A stretch of 64,000 bases of DNA from an uncultured Alphaproteobacteria bacterium (GTDB taxonomy: Bacteria; Pseudomonadota; Alphaproteobacteria; UBA6615). Location of the stretch: positions 84,983 through 148,982 of the forward strand of contig CALSNJ010000004.1 of assembly GCA_943787745.1 (NCBI GenBank). The letters run 5' to 3'. A model generated the notes under the pieces. It had not been told where the DNA came from and made no database searches. It worked only from the letters and a program-made list of their open reading frames with translations. Shown one piece after another: positions 39,515 to 49,313 of this stretch (position 1 is its first letter; the number at the start of each line of letters is the position of its first letter). Both the position numbers and the translations under genes were made by a program.

Positions 39515-40543
39515 ATGATTCGATTTCTTTTGGCTTTTACCGTGGTACTGACATTTCCGTTTGGTGCGAGCGCCATCGATCTAACCAACTGGCCCGACCA
39601 CACGACCATGAATGGCGCGCGCGGGACACCAATCATCTACCCCAGCCATAGTCCCTTCACCCTGTGGGAGGTTGGCAAAAGCGAACAACTTGATCCACCC
39701 ACGGATGCCCAGGCGGTTCTGTTTATGCCCACAGATGCGAGCGCAACTGCCCCTGTGCCCGCGGTTATTCTGTTACACGGCGCTGCAGGTGTTCTCGGTG
39801 CGCGCGAGCTGACCTATGGCGCGCAATTTGCCGAGATGGGAGTGGCAGCTCTTGTGGTCGACGCTTTCGGAGCCCGACGGGACCGGGCAACAGGTTTCAT
39901 TGACCGGCTGTTGCAGGTCACCGAGACCATGCTCGTCGCAGATGCGTATTCCGGACTGCGGCATCTCAATTCTCTGCCCAAGATCGATGGAGACCGGGTC
40001 GCGTTGATGGGGTTCTCCTATGGCGGCTTGTCGACAATGCTCGCCGCCTTCGAACAAACAGCAAAAACACTCAGTCCCGACGGACTCCGGTTCGCGGCTC
40101 ATGTGTCCTTCTACGGCCCCTGCCTGGCCCGGTTCGACAACACCCAGGCAACCGGTGCGCCAGTACTCCTGTTGGCCGGGTCCGAAGACGAAATCATAGA
40201 TCGGGAGCGATGCAATGAGGTCGTCGAAGATTTGCGTGAGGGTGGCGCTCAGGCGGAGTTCGTCATGTATGACGGTGCCTATCATCAATGGGACGGTCGA
40301 TTTGCCGGTCCACGCACCATCGGCCGCAATCTCGCGCCATGTGAGCTCAATGTGAATGAACGCGGTGTTGTGCGGGACACGTTTACGCTTCTTCCCATGT
40401 CGGGACCGTTTCTGCGCAAGGTCATTCTGGGGCTTTGCGTCGGTAGCGAAGGTTACCTAATCGGGCGTGATGACGAAGTGCGCGCAAAATCAAATCAGAA
40501 GGTTGGTGTATTCCTGATGAACGCGTTCAAGCGCCGTAACTAA
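39515..40543 (+). CDS. Dienelactone hydrolase-like alpha/beta hydrolase, probably exported
   Basis: Signal-like MIRFLLAFTVVLTFPFGASA, LLHGAAG, GFSYGG, GSEDE, YDGAYH. Confidence 0.8.
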   Translation: MIRFLLAFTVVLTFPFGASAIDLTNWPDHTTMNGARGTPIIYPSHSPFTLWEVGKSEQLDPPTDAQAVLFMPTDASATAPVPAVILLHGAAGVLGARELTYGAQFAEMGVAALVVDAFGARRDRATGFIDRLLQVTETMLVADAYSGLRHLNSLPKIDGDRVALMGFSYGGLSTMLAAFEQTAKTLSPDGLRFAAHVSFYGPCLARFDNTQATGAPVLLLAGSEDEIIDRERCNEVVEDLREGGAQAEFVMYDGAYHQWDGRFAGPRTIGRNLAPCELNVNERGVVRDTFTLLPMSGPFLRKVILGLCVGSEGYLIGRDDEVRAKSNQKVGVFLMNAFKRRN

Positions 40544-41169
40544 AGCGCCTTTGCCCAAACAACGAAGATGGGATCACTGCGCTCACCGGGAGACAAGTCT
40601 TCATAGAAGGGCTCATCGAACCCGTTGGTTTGCCGGAAATACGTCGCGACAAGCCCGATATGCCCCGGATCATCAAGCGCGCGCCACACCGCCACCGCCT
40701 TCGTCGGAAAACACCGATTGGAAAAGCTGACGATACAGACACCCTCGGGCCGCAAGACACGGGAAATATCTCCAAACACATCCAGCGGCCGCGTCAGATA
40801 TTGCACCGAAAGTGCAATTAGGCAGGCATCAAAAGACTGATCGTCAAACGGCAACACCGGTTTGGCATTCAGGTCATGAACAACATGAGCTGTCAGCTGT
40901 GAATTGGCGGACAGTTCGGCGGCATTCATGCCCAGCCCCGTAACATCCTGGCAGCCGTGGTCCTCGGGCAGATGAGACACCCAGCTCGACATCAAATCGA
41001 GGACGCGCGCATCTTCAGGCACCGTGCGCCGATAAAACGCCGTGAGCGCAGATCGGGCCGGTTCATCCAGATGATGAACCATCCGTTCAGAAGCATAAAA
41101 CTCTGTATCTGCTGCCCCATCGGAACGCGCAAAGTGTTCGGGCAGAAACTGGAGAGCACCTTCCGCCAT
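40540..41169 (-). CDS. Class I SAM-dependent methyltransferase family protein
   Basis: VLDLMSSWVSHLP, GMNAAEL, SVQYLTRP, FSNRCFPTKAV; start uncertain. Confidence 0.85.
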   Translation of the reverse strand: MAEGALQFLPEHFARSDGAADTEFYASERMVHHLDEPARSALTAFYRRTVPEDARVLDLMSSWVSHLPEDHGCQDVTGLGMNAAELSANSQLTAHVVHDLNAKPVLPFDDQSFDACLIALSVQYLTRPLDVFGDISRVLRPEGVCIVSFSNRCFPTKAVAVWRALDDPGHIGLVATYFRQTNGFDEPFYEDLSPGERSDPIFVVWAKAL

Positions 41170-41170
41170 A

Positions 41171-42760
41171 TCAGAAACCTCGTGCGGCTCCATCGCTGCG
41201 GGGATCAAAGCCGGCTTCGATCATACCGTCCGGGCGGCGAACCAGGGCGCCCGCATGGCCCATCAGGTCGCTGAAAGCTTCCACCACTTCGACATCCTGC
41301 CCAGCTGTTCGCAGCGCTTCGATCACAGAATCCGGGAAACGCGATTCGATTTTCAGGTTGGTACTGTCGCTTCCCCAGGTCCGGCCGAGCAGCCAGCGTG
41401 GCGCGGTGAGCGCGGCCTGAACCGACTGGCCATACCGCACGATGCGGTTGAACACAGCCGCTTGTGTTTGCGGCTGTCCTTCGCCACCCATGGTGCCGTA
41501 GGACATGACGCGTCCATCATCGAGACGTGCCATCGCCGGGTTCAGGGTGTGAAACGGTTTGCGGCCCGGCTGCAGCGGGTTCAGGGCCGCCGGGTCAAGC
41601 GCGAAGCTTGCGCCCCGGTTCTGCCAGGTAATGCCTGTATCGGGTAAAACCACGCCCGATCCGAACTCCCAGTAGACGCTCTGGATAAAGCTGACCGCGT
41701 TGCCATCACCATCAATGACACCAAGCCAGACCGTATCGCTGTCCGTACCGCCGCGCTTCCAGTCCGATGCTTTTTGCGGATCGATACCTGCGGCCAGCTG
41801 AGCCACAATATCCTCGGTCAGAAAAGATTCCGGGGTTTCACCCATGAATGATTCATCCGTGACGTACTGATCACGAATAGCAAATGCCTGCTTGCTGGCT
41901 TCAACGAGCCGATGCACAAAATCAAAACCATCGGCTTCGGCACTCGCCACTTTCTCGTAAGCACCGAGAATCAAAAGCGATGCCAAGCCCTGAGTTGGCG
42001 GACGCATGTTGTAAACGGTTGCATCCCCAACCCGCAGCGAAAGCGGGGCCACAGCTCTGGCAACATGAGCGGCCAAATCCACGTCGTGAACGGGACTTCC
42101 GACCGCCGCGAGGTCTGCGGCAATCGCCTTGCCGAGGTCACCACGATAAAAATCATCCGTGCCCGCGCGGCCAATCTGTTCCAGCGTTGCCGCAAGGCGT
42201 GGCTGACGGAATACATCTCCGACCTGCGGCACTTCGCCATCGGGCGTATAAACTTCGGCGAAACCGGTCGCCGGGCCCATCTCCGGCAGTTTTGCAACTG
42301 TGTTGCTGACCTGGCCTTCGGTGACCCCCACGCCATCACGGGCATAGCCGACGGCGTCTGCGACCAGCCGGGAGAGCGGCAGGCGACCGCCCCAACTTTC
42401 AGAAATTTCCTTGGCCAGCCCCCAGCCCGATACGGTTCCAGCCACCGTCAGCGCAGCCATTGGCCCGCGTGAAGGCACTGCGTCAAGGCCATCCCCGCGA
42501 TAACGGTCGATCGTCGCGCCGGTTCCGGCCGCCCCGCAGGCATCAATCGCAATGGGGTCGCCATTGGCTGGGGAAATCACCCAGAATCCATCACCACCGA
42601 TGGAGTTCATATGCGGGTAGACCACCGCGATCGACGCCGCCGCCGCGATCATCGCTTCGAGCGCATTGCCCCCTTCGCGCAGGACAGCAAGACCCGATTC
42701 TGCCGCCAGATGATGCGGCGCAACGACCATGCCGTTACTTGCAAAGGTGGATTTCAACAT
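41171..42760 (-). CDS. GGT-family Ntn hydrolase, oxamate amidohydrolase (HpxW)-like
   Basis: APHHLA, VVYPHMNSIGGDGFW, TVAGTVSGW, DTVWLGVID, KPFHTLNP, PRWLLGRTWG, MGHAGA; recalled similarity to HpxW. Confidence 0.88.
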   Translation of the reverse strand: MLKSTFASNGMVVAPHHLAAESGLAVLREGGNALEAMIAAAASIAVVYPHMNSIGGDGFWVISPANGDPIAIDACGAAGTGATIDRYRGDGLDAVPSRGPMAALTVAGTVSGWGLAKEISESWGGRLPLSRLVADAVGYARDGVGVTEGQVSNTVAKLPEMGPATGFAEVYTPDGEVPQVGDVFRQPRLAATLEQIGRAGTDDFYRGDLGKAIAADLAAVGSPVHDVDLAAHVARAVAPLSLRVGDATVYNMRPPTQGLASLLILGAYEKVASAEADGFDFVHRLVEASKQAFAIRDQYVTDESFMGETPESFLTEDIVAQLAAGIDPQKASDWKRGGTDSDTVWLGVIDGDGNAVSFIQSVYWEFGSGVVLPDTGITWQNRGASFALDPAALNPLQPGRKPFHTLNPAMARLDDGRVMSYGTMGGEGQPQTQAAVFNRIVRYGQSVQAALTAPRWLLGRTWGSDSTNLKIESRFPDSVIEALRTAGQDVEVVEAFSDLMGHAGALVRRPDGMIEAGFDPRSDGAARGF

Positions 42761-42772
42761 CGCAGGACCTCA

Positions 42773-42809
42773 AAAAATAGTTCGGGCGGCGCAGATACTG
42801 CACCGCCCG
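42773..42809 (-). terminator. Probable rho-independent terminator after the CMD-family gene
   Basis: Minus strand CGGGCGGTGCAG-TAT-CTGCGCCGCCCG followed by AACTATTTTTT. Confidence 0.55.
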
Positions 42810-42842
42810 TATTTCATACAACAAACATCGAGACGACGTATC

Positions 42843-43415
42843 TCAGATATTAAACGGGGGATAATCGAGTGATGGTTCCGGCGTAATTTTAACCGTGTTG
42901 ATAAAGCGCGCCAGCATGCCGTAGTAACCGATCATCACAGTCAAATCGACGAAACCTTCGGTCCCGAAGGTCTCCTTCAATTCCGCAAACATGTCGTCGG
43001 AAACATCTTCGGCCCGGGTCAGGATCCGCGCATAACGGGTCGCCAATCCAACTTCCCCCGGCACGGCCTCGATCTCGGGCGTGCCGATCTTGCCAAGCAG
43101 GTCAGCGCTCGCATCAACCTTTTGCGCCATGACATGATGATGGGCCCACTCATAAGTACAGCGGAGCTCCTGTGCGACGGTGAGAATGACATATTCACGC
43201 AAGGCATCGTCAAAGCTTGTTTTGTAGCGCACATACTCTCCAACCGGACAAACCGCCGCCATCGCGCCCGGACTGTTGGCAAGCAGTGAGAAGACATTTG
43301 GCATGACATCCATGCCACGTGTTTTCAGCACATTGTCATAGTCGGCCAGATACTCATCCGGACAGTCTTCCCGCTCAACGCGCTCCAGGCGAGCACCGGC
43401 TAATCCCTTTGACAT
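42843..43415 (-). CDS. Carboxymuconolactone decarboxylase (CMD/AhpD-like) family protein
   Basis: PNVFSLLANSP, REYVILTVAQELRCTYEWAHH, DLTVMIGYY; GGGAGG RBS. Confidence 0.83.
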   Translation of the reverse strand: MSKGLAGARLERVEREDCPDEYLADYDNVLKTRGMDVMPNVFSLLANSPGAMAAVCPVGEYVRYKTSFDDALREYVILTVAQELRCTYEWAHHHVMAQKVDASADLLGKIGTPEIEAVPGEVGLATRYARILTRAEDVSDDMFAELKETFGTEGFVDLTVMIGYYGMLARFINTVKITPEPSLDYPPFNI

Positions 43416-43630
43416 GTAAGTGTCCTCCCAATTGATCCGCCCCGGGAAATCCGGCGCGATCACCAATCCTTGCGCAGGAAACACATTCAGCCCGAGCAGG
43501 TCAACGGCACACATGTGAGCATTCGGAAAAGCACTTGAAAGCGCACTCAGCGGGCATCTGCGCATCCGATTCTGATTGAAATTCCTCCAGGACACCCAAT
43601 ATCCAAGGTGTAGCAACGGAAAGGAAGCAC

Positions 43631-44032
43631 ATGAACAGCAGTACAAGCATCCGTCCTGGCTGGAGCCCCGTAACCATCGGAATCATGGTTGTCGGCTTCA
43701 TCATTGCCTGGCCCCTTGGCCTTGCAGCACTTGCCTATATTCTCTGGGGCGACCGCATTCACACGGCATTCGACGAAGCACGCTATCGCTGGTCTGCCAA
43801 TCGCTCGGCCGACAGCGGAAACACAGCCTTTGATGACTATCGGGCTCATGAGCTTAAGCGGCTGGAAGAAGAGCGCCGCAAGCTAAACACCATGCGCGAA
43901 GAGTTCGACCGCTTTATGCACGAATTGCGCCGCGCAAAGGACAAGGACGAGTTTGATCGTTTCATGTCCGAACGTGGACGTCGCGACAGTACGGGCTTCG
44001 ACAACGCGGAGCCGGCAGGCGCATCAACCTGA
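43631..44032 (+). CDS. DUF2852 domain protein
   Basis: MVVGFIIAWPLGLAALAYILWG, SGNTAFDDYR, LRRAKDKDEFDRFM. Confidence 0.9.
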   Translation: MNSSTSIRPGWSPVTIGIMVVGFIIAWPLGLAALAYILWGDRIHTAFDEARYRWSANRSADSGNTAFDDYRAHELKRLEEERRKLNTMREEFDRFMHELRRAKDKDEFDRFMSERGRRDSTGFDNAEPAGAST

Positions 44033-44060
44033 CCCGCGTTCACACGAAATCGTTCGTTCG

Positions 44061-44090
44061 GGCGGAGCCATTTGCTCCGCCTCTTCTTTT
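44061..44090 (+). terminator. Probable rho-independent terminator
   Basis: GGCGGAGC-CATTT-GCTCCGCC followed by TCTTCTTTT. Confidence 0.65.
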
Positions 44091-44209
44091 GGTTCCGACA
44101 GCACAACCGAGGCTGGACGCCAAATCAACACCATCTGTGCTAAATGCAATTCTGTGAGAAGCTGAAACTGTAACCATCAGCCGTACCATCGCAGAAGGAC
44201 CAGACTTCC

Positions 44210-45265
44210 ATGAACGAGACAGCACCCGCTCGTATCGGCGCCTTCGCAGGTGCGATCGTGATCGTTGCCCTGACCATCTTCTTTCTGATTGAGAGCCGGG
44301 ACCTTCTGATCCCGATTACAGTTGCAATCGTGATCTGGTATCTGCTCAACGCGCTGGCCAATTTCTTTGATCGCATCCCTGTCGTCGGAGAGAAAATCCC
44401 GCACTGGATCACACTCATCGGGGCCGTGCTGATCGTTCTGGTGGCCATGGCACTGGTTGCCGAATTGATAAGCGACAATATTTCTCAAGTCGCCGCGGCG
44501 GCACCGGCCTATCAGACAAACTTCGAAAAACTGATCCTCGCGGCCTCAAAACTGGCGGGGTTCGAGAAAACTCCGGACTTCGCGAAGATTACCGATCAAC
44601 TCGATATCCGTGCCCTTGTATCCGGCCTCGCCTCAACCGTCGCCGGGTTTGCTGGCTCTCTCGGCATCGTATTGGTCTACGTGTTGTTCCTGTTGATTGA
44701 GCAGGGCAGTTTCGAAAAGAAGCTCGACGCCTTGTTTCCGAATGCTGAAAAGCGCCAGGACGTGCGCGATCTGCTCCACCGCATGCAGGTCCAGATTCAG
44801 TCCTATGTGGCAATCAAAACCCTGGCCAGCGTCGCCACCGGCACGATCAGTTACATCATACTTCTCATCGTCGGAGTTGATTTCGCAGCCTTCTGGGGTT
44901 TTGTCATCTTCCTGCTGAACTACATCCCGACCATCGGCTCCATGCTCGGGATACTCCTGCCGACCCTTCTCGCCGTCGTGCAATTCGCCACCCTCGGCCC
45001 GGTTCTGGCGGTCGTGATCGGAGGCGGGTTGACGCAATTCCTGATCGGCAATGTCATCGAGCCACGCCTGATGGGAACGTCACTCAACATTTCGCCGCTG
45101 GTGGTCCTGATCTCTCTTGCGGTGTGGGGCAGCATCTGGGGACTGGCCGGCATGTTCCTGTCGGTACCCCTGACGATGATCGCCATGATCATTTTTTCCC
45201 ACTTTGCCGCGACCCGTCCGATTGCCATTATCCTGTCCGGGAACGGTGAAATTGAACGCTCCTGA
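44210..45265 (+). CDS. AI-2E family transporter
   Basis: FLLNYIPTIGS, GNVIEPRLMG.SLNISP, WGSIWGLAGMFLSVPL. Confidence 0.9.
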   Translation: MNETAPARIGAFAGAIVIVALTIFFLIESRDLLIPITVAIVIWYLLNALANFFDRIPVVGEKIPHWITLIGAVLIVLVAMALVAELISDNISQVAAAAPAYQTNFEKLILAASKLAGFEKTPDFAKITDQLDIRALVSGLASTVAGFAGSLGIVLVYVLFLLIEQGSFEKKLDALFPNAEKRQDVRDLLHRMQVQIQSYVAIKTLASVATGTISYIILLIVGVDFAAFWGFVIFLLNYIPTIGSMLGILLPTLLAVVQFATLGPVLAVVIGGGLTQFLIGNVIEPRLMGTSLNISPLVVLISLAVWGSIWGLAGMFLSVPLTMIAMIIFSHFAATRPIAIILSGNGEIERS

Positions 45266-45293
45266 AAATTGATCGATCACCAAGGGTGCATCA

Positions 45294-45587
45294 ATGAACG
45301 AACATTATGAATCCGATGTGGGTGAACACGCGCTGGGGGAGGTTCAGGCTTTTCTGAGCAAGGCCCAGTCCCTGCCAACCGCGTCAGTCAAAGATATCGC
45401 TGAACAACTGCGCGTGCAGGAAATGCTCGCCAAGAGCACCCGGCGGCGCAAGAAAGTCTTTGAAGCGCTTGCAGACTATTTCGAGCATGCTCACGAGGTG
45501 CGCGACAAAGCCGAGAACACCAAGCACGAAGGTGAAGGAATCGGTGGCGCCGTTCGCGCGCTCCTCGACAACTTTGACGACGACTGA
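45294..45587 (+). CDS. Hypothetical protein (97 aa, charged, helical)
   Basis: Fills the gap between genes, AAGGG upstream; no motif recognised. Confidence 0.6.
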   Translation: MNEHYESDVGEHALGEVQAFLSKAQSLPTASVKDIAEQLRVQEMLAKSTRRRKKVFEALADYFEHAHEVRDKAENTKHEGEGIGGAVRALLDNFDDD

Positions 45588-45602
45588 GCCCCGATAAGGA
45601 CG

Positions 45603-47942
45603 CTATTCCGCCGCCTGTGCGGCCCCCTTGTCGATCAGCTCAGTGAGATATTGCGGGTCAACCGGGTAATAGTCGATCTCAACAGAGAACTCCTCCAGCG
45701 CATTTTCGATCGCGGCAACGATCGCCGCAGCAGCAGGAATGGTTCCACCCTCACCCGCACCCTTCACACCAAGCGAATTCAGCGGTGAAGGTGTTTCCAT
45801 GTGGGTGACATCGACGCGCGGCATTTCGCTGGCCAGCGGCAACAAATATTCACCGTAATTCATGGTCAGCGGCTGCCCCTGATCGTCATAGATCATGCGT
45901 TCGAACAACGCGTTCCCGATGCCGTGCACCACACCACCCACAATCTGCCCATGCACGATCATCGGATTGATCATCACACCGCAATCATGGGCGACCGAAT
46001 AGCGCAGCACCTTCACTTCGCCGGTGCCGGGATCGACCTCAACCTCAGCCACATTCGAACCACACGCAATGGGCGAGCCGCTGGATCCGTCATAGGAGGT
46101 GGCTTCGAGCAAAGGGTCAAAGCCCGCGGGAACCCGCAGCGCCGAGGCGGGCGACAACTGAATGGCCAGCTCTCCCAATGTGATCGAGAGATCGGGCGCA
46201 CCGTTTACACGGACAACGCCGTCTTCGATGTCGAGATCGGCCTCGGAAGCCTCAAGCACTTCAGCAGCCAGCTTCAGGGCTTTCTCGCGGACCTTCTTGG
46301 CGGCGTCAAAGGCTGATGGCCCCACATTGGCGGCCACGCGGCTCCCGATGGTGCCAACCCCGTGGGGGAATTTCGACGTGTCAGCGGATTCAAACATGAT
46401 GTCTTCCGGCGACACCCCGAGATTCTCGGCCACAAGCATTGCGATCATCGTGTGATGGCCCTGCCCCTGGCTCGCCGCACCAGTGCGGACCGCGACCTTT
46501 CCCGATGATTCAACGCGAACCGTGGTGCCCTCATAGGGGCCCATGCCGGTGTCCTCAATGCAGGAGGAAACACCGATGCCCAGATAACGACCTTCGGCCC
46601 GCGCGGTCGCTTGGCGTTCCTTGAAGCTGTTGTAGTCGGACAACTCCAAAGCCTTCTCGAGCAAGGCTTCGTAGTCACCGCTGTCGTAGACACATTTGGC
46701 ACCGCCGCGCAGTGTCGCACCTGTTTCATAGGGCATCTGATCGGGACGGACATAGTTTCGCCGACGGACCTCAGCCGGATCAATCCCAAGCTTGCGGGAA
46801 ACCAGCTGAATCATGCGCTCGACGGCGTAAATGCCGCAGGGACGCCCTGCGCCACGCACGGGGGAGTTCGCGATCGTGTTGGTGAACACGATATCCACAC
46901 CCACATCGATAGCGGCAATGGAATACGCGCCGGGCAACGGTGTCAGTGAGCTGTTCGGCAACAGAATTCCGTAGGGAATATAGGCACCATTCTCATGGGT
47001 GATATTCCCACGCAGCCCGAGAATTTTGCCCTCGGAAGTGCAGGCAACCTCGAGGTCCCAGTACTGATCGCGCTGGGTCGTCGTCGAAACGAAATGCTCG
47101 CGACGATCCTCGATCCATTTGACCGGCGTTTCCATAAGACGCGCAACCAGGCAGATGGCGATCTCTTCGGGATAGAACCCGGCCTTCGGGCCAAAACCAC
47201 CGCCCACATCAGGGGCAACAACACGAATACGCTCTTCAGACTCACCCAGCCAGGTGGCAAGTGCGCGACGGATCAGATAGGGCGACTGGGCCGAGGTCCA
47301 GAGCGTCAGCCCGTCTCCCCAGGGATCGTCCTTGGCGATGACGCCGCGTGTTTCCATGGAATGGCAGCCGCCACGATGCTGCATGAACCCGGCAGAAAAC
47401 ACATGATCGGCCTTGCCGAACGCATCTTCGATATCGCCGAACTTCGAGCGCATCTTGCCCATCAGATTGGATGTCGCATCAGCGTGGGCCAGCGGCGCGC
47501 CGTCTTCGAGCGCGGTTCGGATATCCACGACAGCAGGAAGTGCCTCATAGTCCACGTCGATCAGCGCGAGCGCATCCTCGGCGATCGCACGACTATCAGC
47601 CACCACAACGGCGACAGTCTCCCCGACAAAACAAACCTCGTCCTTGGCCAGCGGATACTGGGTCTTGTTCTGCTCGATCACCGGCGCCGGGTAGAGCTGG
47701 TTCATCCGGTGGCTGTATTTCTCACCGAAATCGGCGTGGGTGAACACACGATGTACACCCTCAAGAGCTTCCGCACGTGAGGTATCGATCGAACGAATTT
47801 TCGCGTGAGCCAGTGGCGCCCGCAGGAAGGCGGCTTCAAGCATACCCGCCATGGTGATGTCGTCCACGTAGCGACCATGACCAGTCAGCAGTCGCGGGTC
47901 TTCCATGCGTTGGACTTCAGCGCCCAGATAACGAACAACCAT
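45603..47942 (-). CDS. Xanthine dehydrogenase family molybdopterin large subunit (CoxL-like, not form I CODH)
   Basis: EDPRLLTG, DVGGGFGPK, active-site loop SPVRGAGRP, SQGQGH, GQIVGG, GVKGAGEGG. Confidence 0.92.
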   Translation of the reverse strand: MVVRYLGAEVQRMEDPRLLTGHGRYVDDITMAGMLEAAFLRAPLAHAKIRSIDTSRAEALEGVHRVFTHADFGEKYSHRMNQLYPAPVIEQNKTQYPLAKDEVCFVGETVAVVVADSRAIAEDALALIDVDYEALPAVVDIRTALEDGAPLAHADATSNLMGKMRSKFGDIEDAFGKADHVFSAGFMQHRGGCHSMETRGVIAKDDPWGDGLTLWTSAQSPYLIRRALATWLGESEERIRVVAPDVGGGFGPKAGFYPEEIAICLVARLMETPVKWIEDRREHFVSTTTQRDQYWDLEVACTSEGKILGLRGNITHENGAYIPYGILLPNSSLTPLPGAYSIAAIDVGVDIVFTNTIANSPVRGAGRPCGIYAVERMIQLVSRKLGIDPAEVRRRNYVRPDQMPYETGATLRGGAKCVYDSGDYEALLEKALELSDYNSFKERQATARAEGRYLGIGVSSCIEDTGMGPYEGTTVRVESSGKVAVRTGAASQGQGHHTMIAMLVAENLGVSPEDIMFESADTSKFPHGVGTIGSRVAANVGPSAFDAAKKVREKALKLAAEVLEASEADLDIEDGVVRVNGAPDLSITLGELAIQLSPASALRVPAGFDPLLEATSYDGSSGSPIACGSNVAEVEVDPGTGEVKVLRYSVAHDCGVMINPMIVHGQIVGGVVHGIGNALFERMIYDDQGQPLTMNYGEYLLPLASEMPRVDVTHMETPSPLNSLGVKGAGEGGTIPAAAAIVAAIENALEEFSVEIDYYPVDPQYLTELIDKGAAQAAE

Positions 47943-47946
47943 GGTC

Positions 47947-48429
47947 TTAGCTCCCCTGCATCGTCTTGGCAGCATCCAGTGCCGCGTCGACGATTCCCTG
48001 ATAGCCGGTGCACCGGCAAATATTTCCTGAAATGGCTTCGCGCACTTCACGCTCGCTCGGATCAGGGTTGTCGCGCAGGAACGCTGCCAGTGAGGTCAGC
48101 ATGCCCGGCGTGCAGAAGCCGCATTGCAGCCCATGGTGTTTCCAGAAGGCTTCCTGCAGCGGGTGCAGCGTGCCGTCTTCATCGGCCAGACCTTCAACAG
48201 TCGTCACCTCCTGCCCATTGGCCTGAACGGCCAGCATCAGACAGGATCGCACCGCTTCACCGTCAACCATCACGGTGCAAGCGCCACAGACGCCGTGCTC
48301 GCACCCCATATGGGTGCCGGTCAGCCCCAGACCATGGCGCAGAAAATCGCCAAGGCTGGTGCGGGTTTCAACATTGGCGGTGTGGCTTTTGCCATTCACC
48401 GTGACTTCGATATCGCGGGTATCAGCCAT
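47947..48429 (-). CDS. 2Fe-2S small subunit (CoxS-like)
   Basis: GCEHGVCGACTV, QCGFCTPG, GNICRCTGY. Confidence 0.95.
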   Translation of the reverse strand: MADTRDIEVTVNGKSHTANVETRTSLGDFLRHGLGLTGTHMGCEHGVCGACTVMVDGEAVRSCLMLAVQANGQEVTTVEGLADEDGTLHPLQEAFWKHHGLQCGFCTPGMLTSLAAFLRDNPDPSEREVREAISGNICRCTGYQGIVDAALDAAKTMQGS

Positions 48430-48431
48430 CT

Positions 48432-49298
48432 TCAGGCACTCCCAGATGCGCGTTCGGCGGCTTGGACAAGCGCGCGTTCAACAAGGGTCGCAGCAAGTCG
48501 CTGGCGGTAGGCAGAGCTCACATAGGCGTCCGACATGGCGTCGATCCCGCGTGCGATTTCTGCAGAAGCTTTGAAGGCCTCAGCATTCGGAGCCGCGCCG
48601 ACCAGCGCGGTTTCGGCTTCGGTCAACCGAAGCGGCCGGACATCCGCACCACCAATAGAAATCGCAGCACGACTGATCGTGCCGCCTTCAACCTCAAGCA
48701 ACGCGGCGACCGCGATCATGGCAAAATCACCATGGCGTCGGGCGAACTCAACAAAACCATAACCATGGTCAGCGCCCCAATACGGCACCGTAATCTTGGT
48801 CAGCAACTCGTCCGGCCCCAGCGTCGGAATCATGTAGGCGAGCGGCCATTCGGCAAACGGAATGTCCCTCGCGCCATCCGGACCATGAGCGGTCAGGACC
48901 CCGTCATAGGCAGCCATCAGACATGGCAATTCGGCAGATGGATCGAGGTGACACAGACTGCCTCCGATGGTGCCGCGATTACGGGTCTGGAAATGCCCGA
49001 CATTCTCCAGCGCTTCGGGAATGATTGGCGTCTTTGCGACCACAGCCGCATCGCGCATCAGATCACGCTGGCGGGTCATGGCGCCGATCTCCAGCGCGCT
49101 GCCGGTGTCCGTCACACCGGATATGCCCGCAACCCCGTTCAGGTCGATGACATGATCGGGCACAACGAAGCGCATGTTGAGCATCGGCATGAGCGACTGG
49201 CCCCCGGCGAGAACCTTGGCGTCCTCATGCTCTGCGAGAAGCGCGACGGCTTCCTCCGGCGTCGCCGGATCGTGATAAGTAAAAGGTGCTGGTTTCAT
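48432..49298 (-). CDS. FAD-binding medium subunit (CoxM-like)
   Basis: MKPAPFTYH, LAGGQSLMPML, RNRGTIGGS, RRHGDFA. Confidence 0.93.
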   Translation of the reverse strand: MKPAPFTYHDPATPEEAVALLAEHEDAKVLAGGQSLMPMLNMRFVVPDHVIDLNGVAGISGVTDTGSALEIGAMTRQRDLMRDAAVVAKTPIIPEALENVGHFQTRNRGTIGGSLCHLDPSAELPCLMAAYDGVLTAHGPDGARDIPFAEWPLAYMIPTLGPDELLTKITVPYWGADHGYGFVEFARRHGDFAMIAVAALLEVEGGTISRAAISIGGADVRPLRLTEAETALVGAAPNAEAFKASAEIARGIDAMSDAYVSSAYRQRLAATLVERALVQAAERASGSA

Positions 49299-49313
49299 GG
49301 ATCTGTCGTCTCC

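Noticed and set aside
43576-43602. RpoH-type promoter (TTGAA...CCCAATAT) before the DUF2852 gene
   Set aside because: Plausible but too degenerate to support without a matrix or TSS data.
45603-49298. Aerobic carbon monoxide dehydrogenase
   Set aside because: Active-site loop is PVRGAGR, without the Cu-binding Cys motif AYxCSFR.
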